Positions 46,521-60,668 of a DNA stretch of 64,000 bases are shown one piece after another; the first letter of the stretch is position 1, and each line of letters begins with the position of its first letter. Origin of the DNA: Nemertoderma westbladi (Eukaryota; Animalia; Xenacoelomorpha). The notes under the pieces were generated by a model. It saw nothing but the letters and a program-made list of their open reading frames with translations. It had not been told where the DNA came from and made no database searches. The stretch is from positions 41,570-105,569 of the forward strand of contig JAUCBJ010006967.1 of the NCBI GenBank assembly GCA_032718475.1, given 5' to 3'. The position numbers and the translations under genes are program-made.

Positions 46521-49500
46521 AGAAGAGGAAAGCGGATCCTGTTGTTCAATCTGAAGCAAGGAAACGAGCGAAAAATGCCCCATCACTCACAAAGGCAAGC
46601 AAGCGGGCATATGATGCTAGAGAAAATAGTAAAAAATCAAAATATAAGTTAGCATGGTATCATCGTGACCAGGGGGAAGTTAACTCCCTTATAAAATCCC
46701 TTCCAAAGATTAATGAAACGTGCAACTCCTGTGGGGCGATAATGTTCCCTTGGGAACTTTCAAAGACACCTTCAGGTGGTTCAAAGGTATTCAGTGCATG
46801 CTGTAACTATGGTACAATCCAGTTAGTACCCTTCAAGGATCCATCGCATAACCTCCAAAAACTCTATTCCAGGGACAATACCAAATCGCGGAATTACCTT
46901 GATAATATTAGGGCTTATAATGGATTAGTGGCAATGGCATCCAAGTGTATTACTGGAAAGGAAATTCAGTTCAATAAGGGTAGAGGTCCCAAACCCTACA
47001 AGATGAGTGGGCAGATGTATCATCTAACCCCATCACTTTTACTTCCTAACAGAGACACGGCTCCAAAGTTTTCGCAGATCTTTGTATTCGGCAAGCAATA
47101 TGAAACAGATAATAGGTTAAAGCACAGCCATAATGCGAACAACAACATCGACAGAGATACTCTCGAAATCCTTCAATATGAACTGGATAACATCAATCCA
47201 TATGTTAAAGAGTTTAAAAATGGTTCCAAGGTATTTGAAGAAAACCCAGGCAAACTATTAAAGATGGTGTTCAAAGCCAAGGGATCCTGGGCAGCCAAGA
47301 AGATGACTAAGAATCCGGATGTTCCTGAAGTTGTGGTAGTTGCCCCAGGAGATCAGACAGAGCCTAGGGATGTAATACTTTACAGAACTCAGTCCGATCA
47401 TCCAAATAACCACAGTACAGTCAGAATTGACGAGAACCACCTGATGTATGACCCCGTAGCTTATCCTTTGATTACACCTCATGGTGATTGCGGTTACAGC
47501 ATTGACTGTGACATCCGGAAGTCCAACGGAAGGAAGGTAAGTGCCATGGAGTTTTTTCGATTCCACTTGCAAGTGCGAGACAATTTCAACACGCTCCACA
47601 AGTCTTGCAGGCTAGCTCAAGAGTACATGTGCGATCAATGGAGCAAAATAGAGGGGAGTCGACTTAAGTTTCTTCGATACAATCAAGATAAGCTTAGGGT
47701 GGAACAGTACAGCGGTTTACAGGATGCTCTAACTCAAACGACAACAGACAATGTGAATCAGAGTGAGGTTGATAAAATTGGGCAACAGATCATTCTCCCT
47801 GCCAGCTTTACTGGGTCTCCTAGATACATGTACAAGCACTATCTAGACGCCCTGGCCATTGCGACAAAGTACAGAAAGTTCGATCTATTCATCACGATTA
47901 CTGGAAACCCCAGGTGGGATGCGGTTAGAGACAACCTGTTTAGCAGTCAGCAGCCCTCAGATAGACCTGACATAATGAACAGGATATTCAAAAAGGTATT
48001 GGACGAACTGCTTGACGATATTAGCTCTGGAGTATTTGGTGCCATGAAAGCGAAGCTGTACACTATTGAAGGGCAGATGCGAGGTCTGAAGCGCGCTCAC
48101 ATCCTTCTGCTGCTACATGAGATCTTGACAGTAGAAGATATAGACGAGATCATTAGTGCAGAAATTCCGAACCCAGAAGATAATGCTGAGCTGTATCAGA
48201 TTGTCTCTAAATGCATGCTCCATGGTCCATGTGGTTCAGTTTTTCCTACTTCCCCTTGCATGGTTGATGGAGTTTGCAGTAAAGGATTTCCCAAGGACTA
48301 CCACGAGGAGACTGTGCTGCCTAATGATGGTCATGGTTATCCACTCTATCGCCGGAGAAAAGAGGGCCATACAGTAGAGAAAAATGGATTCAAGTATGAC
48401 AACAGGTGAACAACTTTATTAAATTCATCCCACTTAAGTTTGATATATTTTTGCTTGAATTTATATATCCGTAAGAAAATCCATTTGTAAATTTAACATG
48501 AATCCTATTAGCATTGATTTTAATTAATTAATTAAATAACCACCAATAGTGGCATCGTTAATACAACGGCAAAGTTGCTATCGCTGTTAAATTTGTACCG
48601 GTATATTAAATGAAATAGAACACATAATACACATTTTTACACATTAATAACACAATCGTTGTGTACATATTAATTACACAATATTGCAATATTACAATGT
48701 AAATATCTGTTTTCAATATTTCAGGTGGGTTGTTCCTTACAACCGTTATCGTTCAGCTGTCACATTAATGTTGAGTATGTTGGGTCCTTCCATACTATTA
48801 AGTACATTTATAAGTACGTTCATAAAGGAGTCGATGTCTCTACCATAGGGATTGATTCAAAAGAGCAGAAACAAAATAAGGATGAAATATCTCTCTTCGT
48901 CAATGCCAGGACCATTGATGCCCACGATGCTCACTGGCGAGTAATGGAATATGGAGTTCAGGGAAGGTTAGTTGAAAATTAATGATTCCCTCTCAATGGT
49001 TCTTTTAAAATAAATTCAAATTATTTTGATCAAGGAACTTTCGACCAAATATATATGTGCATTTAATTGTAACATTAAGCAACTACTGCAATATCAAACC
49101 ATACTAACCAGGACGTTACAGTACAATATAATTAATTTACTTTTTAAGATTTCCCGCTGTTATTTCCTTGGCGATCCATACAGACGGGCAGCAGAATATT
49201 GTGTTTCACGATGGTCAGGCAGAAAAGGCATTGAATGATGCTAGGGATACTACCCTCTTAGCATTTTTCAAGCTAAACCAGATAGATCCTTCCGCTAGAC
49301 TGTATCTATACCAGGAAATTCCAGAGCACTATGTATGGTCTAATAACTCATGGATGTTGCGCAAGAAGCAACCAGATGAGAATGCTGTACCAAGGATGAT
49401 TGGTCGAATCAACAATGTCAGCCCCACACAGGGTGAACGATTTTACCTGAAGATGGTACTCAGTCACATTCGGGGTCCTCAATCATACAAGGACTTGATG

Positions 49501-52109
49501 TTCTATGAACATAAACAGTATATTACATTCAAGGCGACGGCAATGGCAATGGGGTTGCTAGAGGATGACTTTGAATGGAAGCAGGCTCTCACTGATATAA
49601 CTGAATATGGGTCCAGCAGGCAGATTAGGGCCTGCTTCGCTGTCATACTACAGTATTGTCTCCCAACTGAGCCAAATAAATTGTTTCAGCAATTTCTCCA
49701 CTCCATGAGCGATGACATCATATATGATGAGATGAAGAAAGCTCACTGTTCTAGGGAGACTGTGGACATGAGGACAGTTGAAGACAAAGTTCTGTCTTTG
49801 ATTAATGATGAACTGAGTCAGATGGGATCAAGCCTAGATAGTTTCCCTGACATGCCACAGCCGAGGGCCATCACTGACGAGGAGAGGTTGACAAGAGTAT
49901 TTAGTGAGGAGCGGTACGATGCAGTTAAACAGGCAAAAATCGTCAGCATGTTGGAGCCTAAGTTGAACGAGGCACAGTCAGCACTATGTGGGGAGATTTT
50001 CCAAGCAGTAAATGCAGAGACTTCAAGTCATGGATGCACAAAACAATTCATTCTCAATTCTCCTGGTGGATATGGAAAAAAGTTCACATTCACCGTTATT
50101 GGTGCTAAGATCAGGGCTGAGGGAGGAATTGTACTCATGGTGGCCAGCACAGGTTTGGCTGCTCAAAATCTGGAAGGGGGAAGGACGGCACATAGCCGTT
50201 TCAAAATTCCAATTAACATAATGGAAGACTCCACATGCAACATCAAGGCCCAGAGCGATCTAGCAAAGCTGATCAGGGCATGTTCACTCATCATCTGGGA
50301 CGAGATTTTCAGCGTGCATCGGTTTATTATTGAGTGTGTGGAAAGGAGTCTGCGGGACATTATGGATTGTGATGAACCGTGGGGTGGAAAGGTGGTTTGT
50401 CTTGGCGGCGACCCCAGGCAGACTCCGCCGGTGGTTAAGAGGGGTGGTCGACCACAGATAGTTCGAGCATGTGTACAAATGTCTCATCTCTACCCTTGCA
50501 TGAAGGAGCACAGGCTAACACAAAATATGCGAACTGATCCTGGTGAGTTGGAATTCTCCAGTTACCTTCTCAAGTTGGGGGAAGGGCGTGAAAAGACATA
50601 TGAAGAGGAGGGCGAAAACAAGATCAAAATACCATTAAATCACCTTACTACATCAGTGAAGGATTTGATCAACCTTACATTCCCAGACTTGGAGTATGGC
50701 TGTCACGGATCAGACAATATAATCAATGGCGCTATATACTGGTGAATCAAAGCAATATCTGTCTGCCGATTCTATTCTTGAAGACAACCATAAAGATACT
50801 CTTCCTTCAGAATTCATCAATTCGCTCACTCCCTCTGGCCTTCCTGATCATCGTTTAATCCTGAAGACTGACTGTCCAGTGACGTTGCTACGAAACCTTC
50901 AGGCTGGACCCAACAGTTGCTTGAGGAATGGGACAAGGATGATAGTGATTCAGATGATGGGTAGAGCTATCGAGTGTGAGGTTGCCGTTGGGACGAACAA
51001 TGGTCTACGAGTATTCCTGCCCAGGATTCCGCACCATGATAGAAGCGATGAGCTTCCCTTCACTATTGTCAGGAGGCAATTTCCTATCAGGTAAATATTA
51101 AAATCACACGAAGATTGACATGCAGCTTTAAAACGTTTTTATCGTATTATTGTTGTGAGTTCTGAAATTTTCGATGTGAGTTCAGTTCAGTTGTGAATTC
51201 AGCCGGGAATTTAAAATTTTGGACATTACGTCGAAGCATGTTATGGTTCCAAAATAATACTTTTTGCTAAAAATGCGCCATTATTCCTTTTGACAAACCT
51301 TTCAAAATTTACATTGCGGCAAGAGATGGTTATAATATATTTCGCTTATAGTCTCCAAAACATTGCAATATTCTAATTTAGATTTAATTATTTAGTTAAT
51401 TAATTCCATTTAATTATTCTAAATTAAATTTAATTAAATACTACAGGTTGGCTTTTGGAGTTACGATAAATAAAGGTCAGGGCCAGGAGAATGAGAGTTG
51501 GAATCTACCTACCCAAGCCGGTATTCGCTCATGGTCAACTTTACACAGCCTTCTCTAGAGGAAAGAGGAAGGAGAACGTTAAAGTAACAATTATAGACAA
51601 TGATGAGGGTTAAAAAGACAATATTGTTTACAAAGAATTAATCTAAATCTATCTCCCATTATATTACTTATTATCAATTTAATTATACTCAGTACCACCG
51701 TTATTTCAAAGTTGTCTGTTACTTACACTACTCTATTATGGTCACTATACTTTTGCACTATCGTATTATTTTGTATTTAATAATCAATTTACGATAATGA
51801 GCTGCCAGTATATTAATCTTTTTTATATTCGAATATAAAGTGTCTAGATCGATATGCTACTTTATATATTTTTTAAATTTACTTTGCTTCTGCTTTTTGT
51901 AAAGAAATTCCATATACTAATGAAAAGTGGGTGGCTGTTCAAACTCGGAGGACACACGCGGTAGGCATACCAAAATTTCTGAGGTCAAAATGGTCGACTC
52001 AAAATACGAACTCTGCTTATCGGTTGTATAAAATTGTAACTAGCAAGTGCGCGCCGAAGGCGCGCAATTGACGGTGACGGTCTGTTGATCAGTCGGTCGG
52101 ACGGTGAGT

Positions 52110-54725
52110 GAGAAGGTGGGTGGGTGGGAAGATGGGAATGTGGGAAGATGGGAATGCGGGAAGGTGGATGGGAAGGTGGGAATCTAGGAAGATGGGAATG
52201 TAGGAATATGGGAAGGTGGATGGGAATGTGGGAAGATGGGAAGATGGGAATCTGGGAGGATGGGAATGTGGGAAGGTAGATGGGAATGTAGGAAGATGTG
52301 AATGTGGGAAGGCGGATGGGAATGTGGGAAGGTAGATGGGAATGTAGGAAGATGGGAATGTGGGAAGGAGGATGGGAATGTGGGAATATGGGAAGGTGGA
52401 TGGGAATGTGGGAAGGTGTGCGGGAATGTAGGAAGATGGGAATGTGGAAAGATGGGAATGTGGGAAGATAGGAATATGGGAAGATGGGAATGTGGGAAGG
52501 TGGATGGGAATGTAGGAAGATGTGAATGTGGGAAGGCGGATGGGAATGAGGGAAGGTAGATGGGAATGTAGGAAGATGGGAATGTGGGAAGGAGGATGGG
52601 AATGTGGGAATATGGGAAGGTGGATGGGAATGTGGGAAGGTGTGCGGGAATGTAGGAAGATGGGAATGTGGAAAGATGGGAATGTGGGAAGATAGGAATA
52701 TGGGAAGATGGGAAGATGGGAATGTGGGAAGGTGGATGGGAATGTAGGAAGATGGGAATGTGGGAAGGTGGGTGGGAATGAGGAATACGGGAATGTGGGA
52801 AGATGGGAATGTGGGAAGATGGGATTGTGGGAAGGTGGATGGGAATGTGGGAAGGTGGATGGGAATGTGGCAAGGTGGATGGGAATGTGGGAAGTTGGGT
52901 GGGAATGAGGAATACGGGAATGTGGGAAGATGGGAATGTGGGAAGGTGGATGGGAATGTAGGAAGATGGGAATGTGGGAAGGTGAATGGGAATATGGGAA
53001 GGTTGATGGGAATGTGGGAAGGTGGGTGCGAATATGGGAAGGTGAGAATGTAGGAAGACGGGAATGTAGGAAGATGGGAATGTGGGAGTGTGGGAAGATT
53101 AGGAATGTGGGAAGATGGGAATGTGGGAGGATGGGAATGTGGGAAGGTAGTTGGGAATGTAGGAAGATGGGAATGTGGGAAGGTGGATGGGAATGTGGGA
53201 AGGTGGATGGGAATGTAGGAAGATGGGAATGTGGGAAGGTGTATGGGAATGTAGGAAGATGGGAATGTGGGAAGGTGAATGAGAATATGGGAAGGTTGAT
53301 GGGAATGTGGGAAGGTGGGCGCGAATATGGGAAGGTGAGAATGTAGGAAGACGGGAATGTAGGAAGATGGGAATGTGGGAATGTGGGAAGATTAGGAATG
53401 TGGGAAGATGGAAATGTGGGAGGATGGGAATGTGGGAAGGTAGATGGGAATGTAGGAAGATGGGAATGTGGGAAGGTGGATGGGAATGTAGGAAGTAGGG
53501 TGGGAATGAGGAATACCGAAATGTGGGAAGATGGGAATGTGGGAAGGTGGATGGGAATGTAGGAAGATGGGAATGTGGGAAGGTGGATGGGAATGTGGGA
53601 AGGTGGGTGGTAATGTGGGAAGGTGGGTGGGAATATGGGAAGGTGAGAATGTAGGAAGACGGGAATGTAGGAAGATGGGAATGTGGGAATATAGGAATGT
53701 GGGAAGATTGGAATGTGGGAAGGTTGATGGGAATGTAGGAAAATGGGAATGTGGGAAGGTGGGTGGGAATGAGGAATACGGGAATGTGGGAAGATGGGAT
53801 TGTGGGAAGATGGGATTGTGGGAAGGTGGATGGGAATGTGGGAAGTTGGGTGGGAATGAGGAATACGGGAATGTGGGAAGATGGGAATGTGGGAAGGTGG
53901 ACGTGAATGTATGAAGATGGGAATGTGGGAAGGTGTTTGGGAATGTGGGAATGTGGGAAGGTGGGAAGGTGGATGGGAATGTGGGAAGGTGGGAATGTAG
54001 GAAGATGGGAATGTAGGAAGATCTGAATGTGGGAAGATAGGAATCTGGGAAGATGGGAATGTGGGAAGGTGGATGGGAATGTAGGAAGATGGGAATGTGG
54101 AAAGGTGGATGGGAATGTGGGAAGGTGGGAAGGTGGGTGGGAATATAGGAAGATGGGAATGTGGGAAGGTGGATGGGAATGTGGGGAGATCAGAATTTGG
54201 GAAGGTGGATGGGAATGTAGGAAGATGGGAAGGTGGGAAGATTAGAATGTGGGAAGGTGGATGGGAATGTGGGAAGATGGGAATGTGGGAAGGTGGGAGG
54301 GAGTGAGGAAGATGGGAATGTGGGAAGGTGGATGGTAATGTGGGAAGTTGGGAAGGTGGATGGGAATGTGGGAAGATGGGAATGTGGGAAGGTGGATGGG
54401 AATGTGGGTGGGAATGAGTAAGATGAGAATGTGGCAAGATGGGTATGTGGGAAGGTGGGAATGTGGGAAGGTGAATGGGAATGTAGGAAGATTGGAATGT
54501 GGGAAAGTGGATGGGAATGTATGAAGATGGGAAGGTGGATGGGAATGTGGGAAGATAGTAAAATGGATGAGAATATGGGAAGATGGATGGGAATGTAGGA
54601 TGATGGGAATGTGGGGAGGTGGATGGGAATGTGGGATGGTGGCTGGGTTGGAAGATGGGAAGGTTCATGGGATTGTATGAAGATGGGAATGTGGGAAGAT
54701 TGATGGGAATGTGGGAAGATGTGAA
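52110..54725 (+). repeat. G-rich satellite (GGGAATGTGGGAAG(A/GTGGA)T)n
   Basis: About 2.6 kb of 16/20-bp variant units with higher-order repeats. Confidence 0.95.
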
Positions 54726-54744
54726 TAACAATGTATATTGATTG

Positions 54745-55935
54745 GATAGAAAAGCCCGTTGCTGTAACCTGCTCTTTTCCCTCAATGGGTAGGTAAAAAC
54801 AACGTTTATTGTTTTGTTTAGAAAAGCCCGCCTCTGTAACCTACTTATTTCCTTAAATTGGTAGATGACAACACAACAACGTTTATTGTTTTGGTTAGAA
54901 ATGCCCGCTGCTGTGACCTGCTCCTTTCTCTCAATTGGTAGGTAAAAACAACGTTTATTGTTTTGTTTAGAAAAGCCGCCTCTGTAAACTTCTCCTCTCC
55001 TTCAATTGGTAGATATAAACGTTTATTGTTTAGGTTAGAAAAGCCTGCACCTGTATCCTGCTCCTTTCTCTCTATTGGTAAGTAACAACATCGTTTATTG
55101 TTTCGTTTAGAAAAGCCCGCCTCTGTAACCTACTCCTTTCCTTAAATTGGTAGATAACAACACAACAACGTTTATTGTTTTGATTAGAAATGCCCGCTGC
55201 TGTGACCTGCTCCTTTCTCTCACTTGGTAGGTAAAAACAACATTTACTGTTTTGTTTAGAAATCCACCTCTGTAAACTACTCCTCTCCTTCAATTGGTAG
55301 ATAAAAACGTTTATTGTTTTGGTTAGAAAAGCCTGCATCTGTAACCTGCTCCTTTCTCTCAATTGGTAGGTAACAACATCATTTATTGTTTCGTTTAGAA
55401 AAGCCCGCCTCTGTAACCTGCTCCTTTCTCTCAATTGGTAACAATATCGTTTATTGTTTGGGTTAGAAAAGCCCGCCTCTGTAACGTGCTGCAATTCCTC
55501 AATTGGTAACAATATCGTTTATTGTTTTGGTTAGAAAATCACACCACTGTAACCTGCTCTTCTCTCTCAACTGGTAACAATATCGTTTATTGTTTTGGTT
55601 AGAAAAGCCCGCCTCTTTAACCATCGCTTCTCACTCAATTGGTAACAATATCGTTTATTGTTTTGGTTAGAAAAGCCCGCCTATGTAACCTGCTCCTTTC
55701 CCTCGATTGGTAGGCAACAACATCGTTTATTGTTTCGTTTACAAAAGCCCGCTTCTGTAACCTGCTCCTTTCCCTCAATTGGTAACAATATTGTTTATTG
55801 TTTTGGTTAGAAAAGCACGCCTCTGTAACCTGCTCCTAATTCTCAATTGGAAACAATATAGTTTATTGTTTTGGTTAGAAAAGCCTGCCTCTGTAACCTG
55901 TTCCTTTCCCTCTATTGGTAGGTAAAAATAACGTC
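54745..55935 (+). repeat. ~60-67-bp satellite
   Basis: Unit CGTTTATTGTTTTGGTTAGAAAAGCCCGCCTCTGTAACCTGCTCCTTTCTCTCAATTGGTA, about 18 copies. Confidence 0.92.
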
Positions 55936-56615
55936 ATTCCCATCTTCCCACATTCCGATCTCCCTACATTCCCATCTTCCTACATTCCCAGCCATCTTCC
56001 CACCTTCCCACATTCCCATCCACCTTCCCGCATTCCCATCTTCCCACATTTCCATCCACCTTCCCACATTCCCATCTTCCTACATTCCCACCCACCTTCC
56101 CACATTCCCATCTTCCCATATTCCCATCCTCCTTCCCATATTACCATCTTCCTACATTCCCACTCACCTACCCACATTCCCATCCATCTCCCACATTCCC
56201 ATCTTCCTACATTCCTACCCACCTTCCCACATTCCCATCCACCTTCCAACATTCCCATCTTCCTACATTCCCACCCAACTTCCCACATAACCATCTTCAT
56301 ACATTCCCACCCAACTTCCCACATTCTCACCTTTCCACATTCTCATCCACCTTCCCACATTCCCATTCACCTTCCCACATTCCCATCTTCCTACATTCCC
56401 ACACAACTTCCCACATAACCATCTTCCTACATTCCCACCCACCTTCCCACATTCCCATCTTCCCACATTCCCATCCACCTTCCCGCATTCCCATCTTACC
56501 ACATTCCCATCCACTTTCCCACATTCCCATCTTCCTACATTCCCACCCACCTTCCCACATTCCCATCTTCCACATTCCCATCCACCTTCCCGCATTCCTA
56601 TCTTCCCACATTCCC
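55935..56615 (-). repeat. Same G-rich satellite in inverted orientation
   Basis: (ATTCCCATCTTCCCAC)n on the plus strand. Confidence 0.95.
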
Positions 56616-57711
56616 TGATTACTTAAATTCGAAATAATCAAAGTTAATATCAGCACTTGAAAGCTAGCAAGCTGGCTGGAGGGAGCCCGGGGGAAAAATC
56701 CTATTTACAAGACTATTACAAATAAACCTTGTCGGTCAGCAGTAAGTAAACTAAACAATTGTCTAAACTAGAAGGCGTGGGGCTGGCTGAATTTGTGGCT
56801 CGTCCCACACATAATAAAAAATGAAACATTGCTATGACAACACAAATTCTTTTCTTTTAAATTAAAAATTAAAAATCTTTTAAATTTGCGTGATTTGAAT
56901 TTTATGCTCGCACCACTATTTGTAAGAAATGTTAAAACTTATCTTACAGTATGCCAATGTAGTAATGGTATTAAAATATAATTAAATTAATTTACACTAT
57001 TAATGCTTCAGCTAAAAAATGATGCTTGTTAATCCTATGTAATAAAAAAATTAAGAATATTATTTTTAAGAACTTTCTACATATATCCTATACAAAATAA
57101 TCAGCCCAATGATTCGTGGAATAATAATATTAGCTGGCGGTGCTGGCGCACCGCGAAAGAAGCTCTCTAGCTTCAGCGCGACTGTCCAATTGTCCACGTC
57201 TTCGTTCAAGTTTCACACAAAATATTTTCTGAACAATATTATACAAATACAGTTTCAAACGGTGCTACTATTACAAATTATGATTACTTGTAATATAAAT
57301 CATTCATATTCAAAGATTGATTTTAATTTTAATGTGACTTAAAGCTTAAGTCTATTATTACGTAGATGCAGTCCAGTGTCCAGTCAGTACCCCCATTAAG
57401 TGAGAAATGTAACTGTATGTCAATAAGCAATGAAGATCGTTTATATCAATTGTGAATTTTATCCTGAAATGTTCAACTTAATGTCGAAATATAATCGACA
57501 TTTTTATCATATCTCATTGGTATCATATTTGTTGGGTGTTGTATGTCTTCCATGTTGCGTTTTCCATCTATATGGAATCATCCTAAGGAATCACCCCCCC
57601 CCCCCCCCCCCCCTATCATTGACCTTTTTTCGAATGTTTACTTGCGTGTTATTTCTGGTAAGCGACGTTTAGGGTATCATTTGTCACACAGACACAATGC
57701 TTTGTACGCTG

Positions 57712-58168
57712 CAATTCTGCCGTGGAATGTACACAGACCGCAAGTTTTCGAGTAAAACGCAAATTAGTGTTTGCCTTCACGGTTGTTGGATTAAAATGTC
57801 CGTAAATTACTAATTTTTTATAATCCTACGCAATTGGTGGTGGGAAATTTTTCGACGTGATTATTTTTCAATTTCCATTAATATTCCGACTTTAGGGTAA
57901 TTTTTTGTACTTACGGTGTTTTTACATTATACTGTAAAACCTGTATGTAAATACATATTTCAAGACACATATTTCAATAAAACCGTAAGTGCGTTTTCTT
58001 ATTATCTATGCAATGACAAAACACCGCAAGTCTTGTTGACTTACGGTTTTTTGCATAAATTTAAGTGACTTACGGTCTTTTACCTTTTCTAGTAGACCCA
58101 GAAAAAGTAAAAAAGTGAATTTTGGAAAAATGCGACTTACGGTCTTTTCACATTGCACGGCAGAATTG
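57712..58168. mobile_element. MITE with ~34-bp imperfect TIRs
   Basis: Left CAATTCTGCCGTGGAATGTACACAGACCGCAAGT versus right (reverse complement) CAATTCTGCCGTGCAATGTGAAAAGACCGTAAGT. Internal CTTACGGT repeats. No clear TSD. Confidence 0.7.
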
Positions 58169-59348
58169 GAATTGACACGCCACGCAACTAAAAGAGTTCC
58201 TGATTTATTTAGCCCGCATTGTGGACGAGTTTTTACAGTTGCTACAACAGAAAATATCAGTTTATCTGTTAATGAAAATGACAATTATCCAAGCCATTCC
58301 TTGAAGTGGATGCTGCAGGTGAGAATCATATGAATAACTGTGAAACTATAATGATAAGGAAGCCCACCCGGTCTCTATATTAAATCGTCAGTTCGCATGT
58401 GTTTAATGGATAAATTTCACGAAAGAAACACAAACCCCAGTAGAAACACTGCGACGAATTTGACTTTTTCCAGAAAGATTGTAATAACTACAGTACAGTA
58501 GTACCGATATTACTAATTAGCCCATTTAAAAAATGTTTTTTCTGTAATTTTGAGAAATTTAATATCGTAGTTTATGTGCTTCTACATAGTATGCACGTTT
58601 GTATAATTCGTTTATGTTGATGAGGTTTATCTGCCACAATTACCAATTTCCCCATTTTTAACAAAAAAAAATTACCCTATTTTTAACAGGGATTTTACTC
58701 CGTCTCAAAATATTGGAACTTTTTCTCTAGTATACCTATACAAAATTTGGTTGAAAATGGTTAAAATCATCAAAAGTTATTTACGAATGAATTATTTATT
58801 ACGCACGGACCGGCGGACGGACAGACAGACAGACGGACATGAAATTTTCACTCGGCCTAATTAACACGATCCCGTAAGCAGCAGGCCTAACTAAGAATTG
58901 GAAACTTTTGTAAAATAATTTATGAAAACTATTTTATGTGCATTTAGATTAAATAATAATACAGCAAATAAGTAAGCTTACACAAATAATCACTTTTGTA
59001 AAACAATAATTTATTTCATTCATCAGTTAATAAACTGATAAACACACACATCAGGTTGTAGTGAATATATTAGTATTAATTTTAATAATATTGATGTCAT
59101 TGACCGCATACCTAAACACACACATCTCCCTCCACCTACATGGAGTATGAGTGGATGGAGAGGGAATGAATGAACTCCTACCAACAGTCTGCCTATCAAT
59201 GCTGATTAAAGGTTGCCTGGGTAGGCCCATAGATGATGTAGCTCTGGCCAATCAGGGAGCTAAATGCCAGTTTTTTTTTCTTTTGCATGTTCTAAAATCT
59301 GCAGAAAAATTGAGACAGGAAAGAAGCTAAGAGCTTCTTAATGAAACA

Positions 59349-59441
59349 CTAATTGAAACCATAAACAACGAACTTGTTAACCGAGATAATTGGCTACTTG
59401 ATAATAAACTATCACTCAACCTAAAAAACCAGAATACTTAA
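59349..59441 (+). pseudogene. Short CR1/L2-type LINE RT fragment
   Basis: Translates to LIETINNELVNRDNWLLDNKLSLNLKK, matching the IN.EL...W...NKLSLN..K signature. Confidence 0.55.
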
Positions 59442-60474
59442 CCCTATTAGTACCGGGATACAAAATGTTGTACAAATACCGGAAGGGGGTCATATTGACC
59501 CCCCCCCCCCCCCCCCCCCCTCTAAAATCTACAAATTTTTACGAAAACGTCTGATTTTTTGTCTGAACGTAGATATCACGATATCACTAGTCTGGATCCG
59601 ACCGAAAAAAATTTTCGAAAAATGTACTGGGGTGGTTATATTGCAGAACGAAAATTACAAGTGGTGCATAATTTTCACAAAATTTGAAAGTTACATTTTT
59701 CAGCTAATTGTTTTTCAATACAGGTTTTCTGGGGCGCAAAATACATTGTAAAATATTTAGAAATGATTTGTTTACTATAAATGGCTGTTTAGTCCATCTC
59801 TGCGTAGGAAAAAATGAAACAAACAAGTAACCAGCACTTTTCAGTTAGAACACAAAATTTTTAATTCACTTATACTATGCTATAAATTAACATTTTCAGG
59901 TTTTCTAGGGTGGTAATTTTAATGGAATACATTTCTAATATGCCAGATCATTGCTACTTGTATTTTTCGGCTTAATTTGTCAAATTTTGGTGCTTGCACC
60001 AAATTTCGTACCAATCACCAAAATGTACAAGTTTGCGATGTCCAGTGCTGTTTTTATTGATTCCATCAACTTCGGGACCGTCATAAACCCGTATAACGCA
60101 AGAAACAAGATGATACTATGAACTGATCAATTTGCTTATTTTCAAAAATTTGGTGCTGGCACAACAATTTTCACCCACCGGCGAAAAATACAAGTTTTAA
60201 AACTCTTATGAAATTTTTACTGATTCCATTGAATTCAGAACCCTCAAAAACCCGTATAACGCAAGAAACAAGGTGACACAATCAATTGATATATTTGATG
60301 GTTTTCAAAATTTGGTGCTAGCACCTCATTTTGCACACACTTCCGAAAAATACAAGTTTGAGATGTCTGATTTGCACTACTTATTTTTTTCGTTCCCAGG
60401 GGGCACATTTCAAATTACCATTGTTTTGTATTACCCCCGTGAACTTTTTTATGGCTGTCAATTTGAGTTAAAGG
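59442..60474. mobile_element. Probable non-autonomous piggyBac-like element
   Basis: Starts TTAA-CCCTATTAGTACCGG, with GGGGTCATATTGACCCC palindrome and internal ~160-bp repeats (AACCCGTATAACGCAAGAAACAAG twice). The right end (GG-TTAA) is poorly matched. Confidence 0.35.
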
Positions 60475-60668
60475 TTAATATAATGATTTCATCATAGTCA
60501 TTCACTACTGTACATGGAAAGCCAAATAGTCTCTATGCAAAGATTATAAAATTAATCGCCTCCCGTTAGCGGCAGACAGCGGAATAAAGATTTCACTAAA
60601 AACAGTACTACTCCCTCAATCTTAATCCAAATTTCAAGGAAACATTCTTTATACTCAGCGCCATCAAG

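Larger units (their letters stand above)
33684..51646 (+). pseudogene. Spliced Helitron Rep/Helicase gene (exons ~33684-33699, 45981-48405, 48725-48966, 49149-51090, 51447-51646)
   Basis: C-x2-C...CC zinc motif, LPASFTGSPRYM, DLFITIT.NP.W, EGQMRGLKRAHILL (HUH decayed), KYIYKYVHKG, PGGYGKK, IIWDE, GGDPRQTPPV, RRQFPIR-LAFGVTINKGQGQ, HGQLYTAFSR. The GT-AG introns keep phase. Frameshifts near 48745, 50740 and 51495. Confidence 0.9.
52040..56618 (-). mobile_element. Non-autonomous Helitron composed of satellites
   Basis: Minus-strand 3' end: hairpin TGCGCGCC-TTC-GGCGCGCA, then CTTG-CTAG, then T. Candidate 5' TC preceded by A at 56618, exactly where the satellite stops. Confidence 0.7.

Noticed and set aside
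52040-52068. Hairpin as the 3' end of the plus-strand Rep/Hel Helitron
   Set aside because: CTAG lies on the left of the hairpin, so it is a minus-strand end. The plus-strand element's own termini were not identified.
52089-56656. 898-aa Pro/His/Ser ORF and many short ORFs
   Set aside because: Translation of the G-rich satellite, with no coding features.
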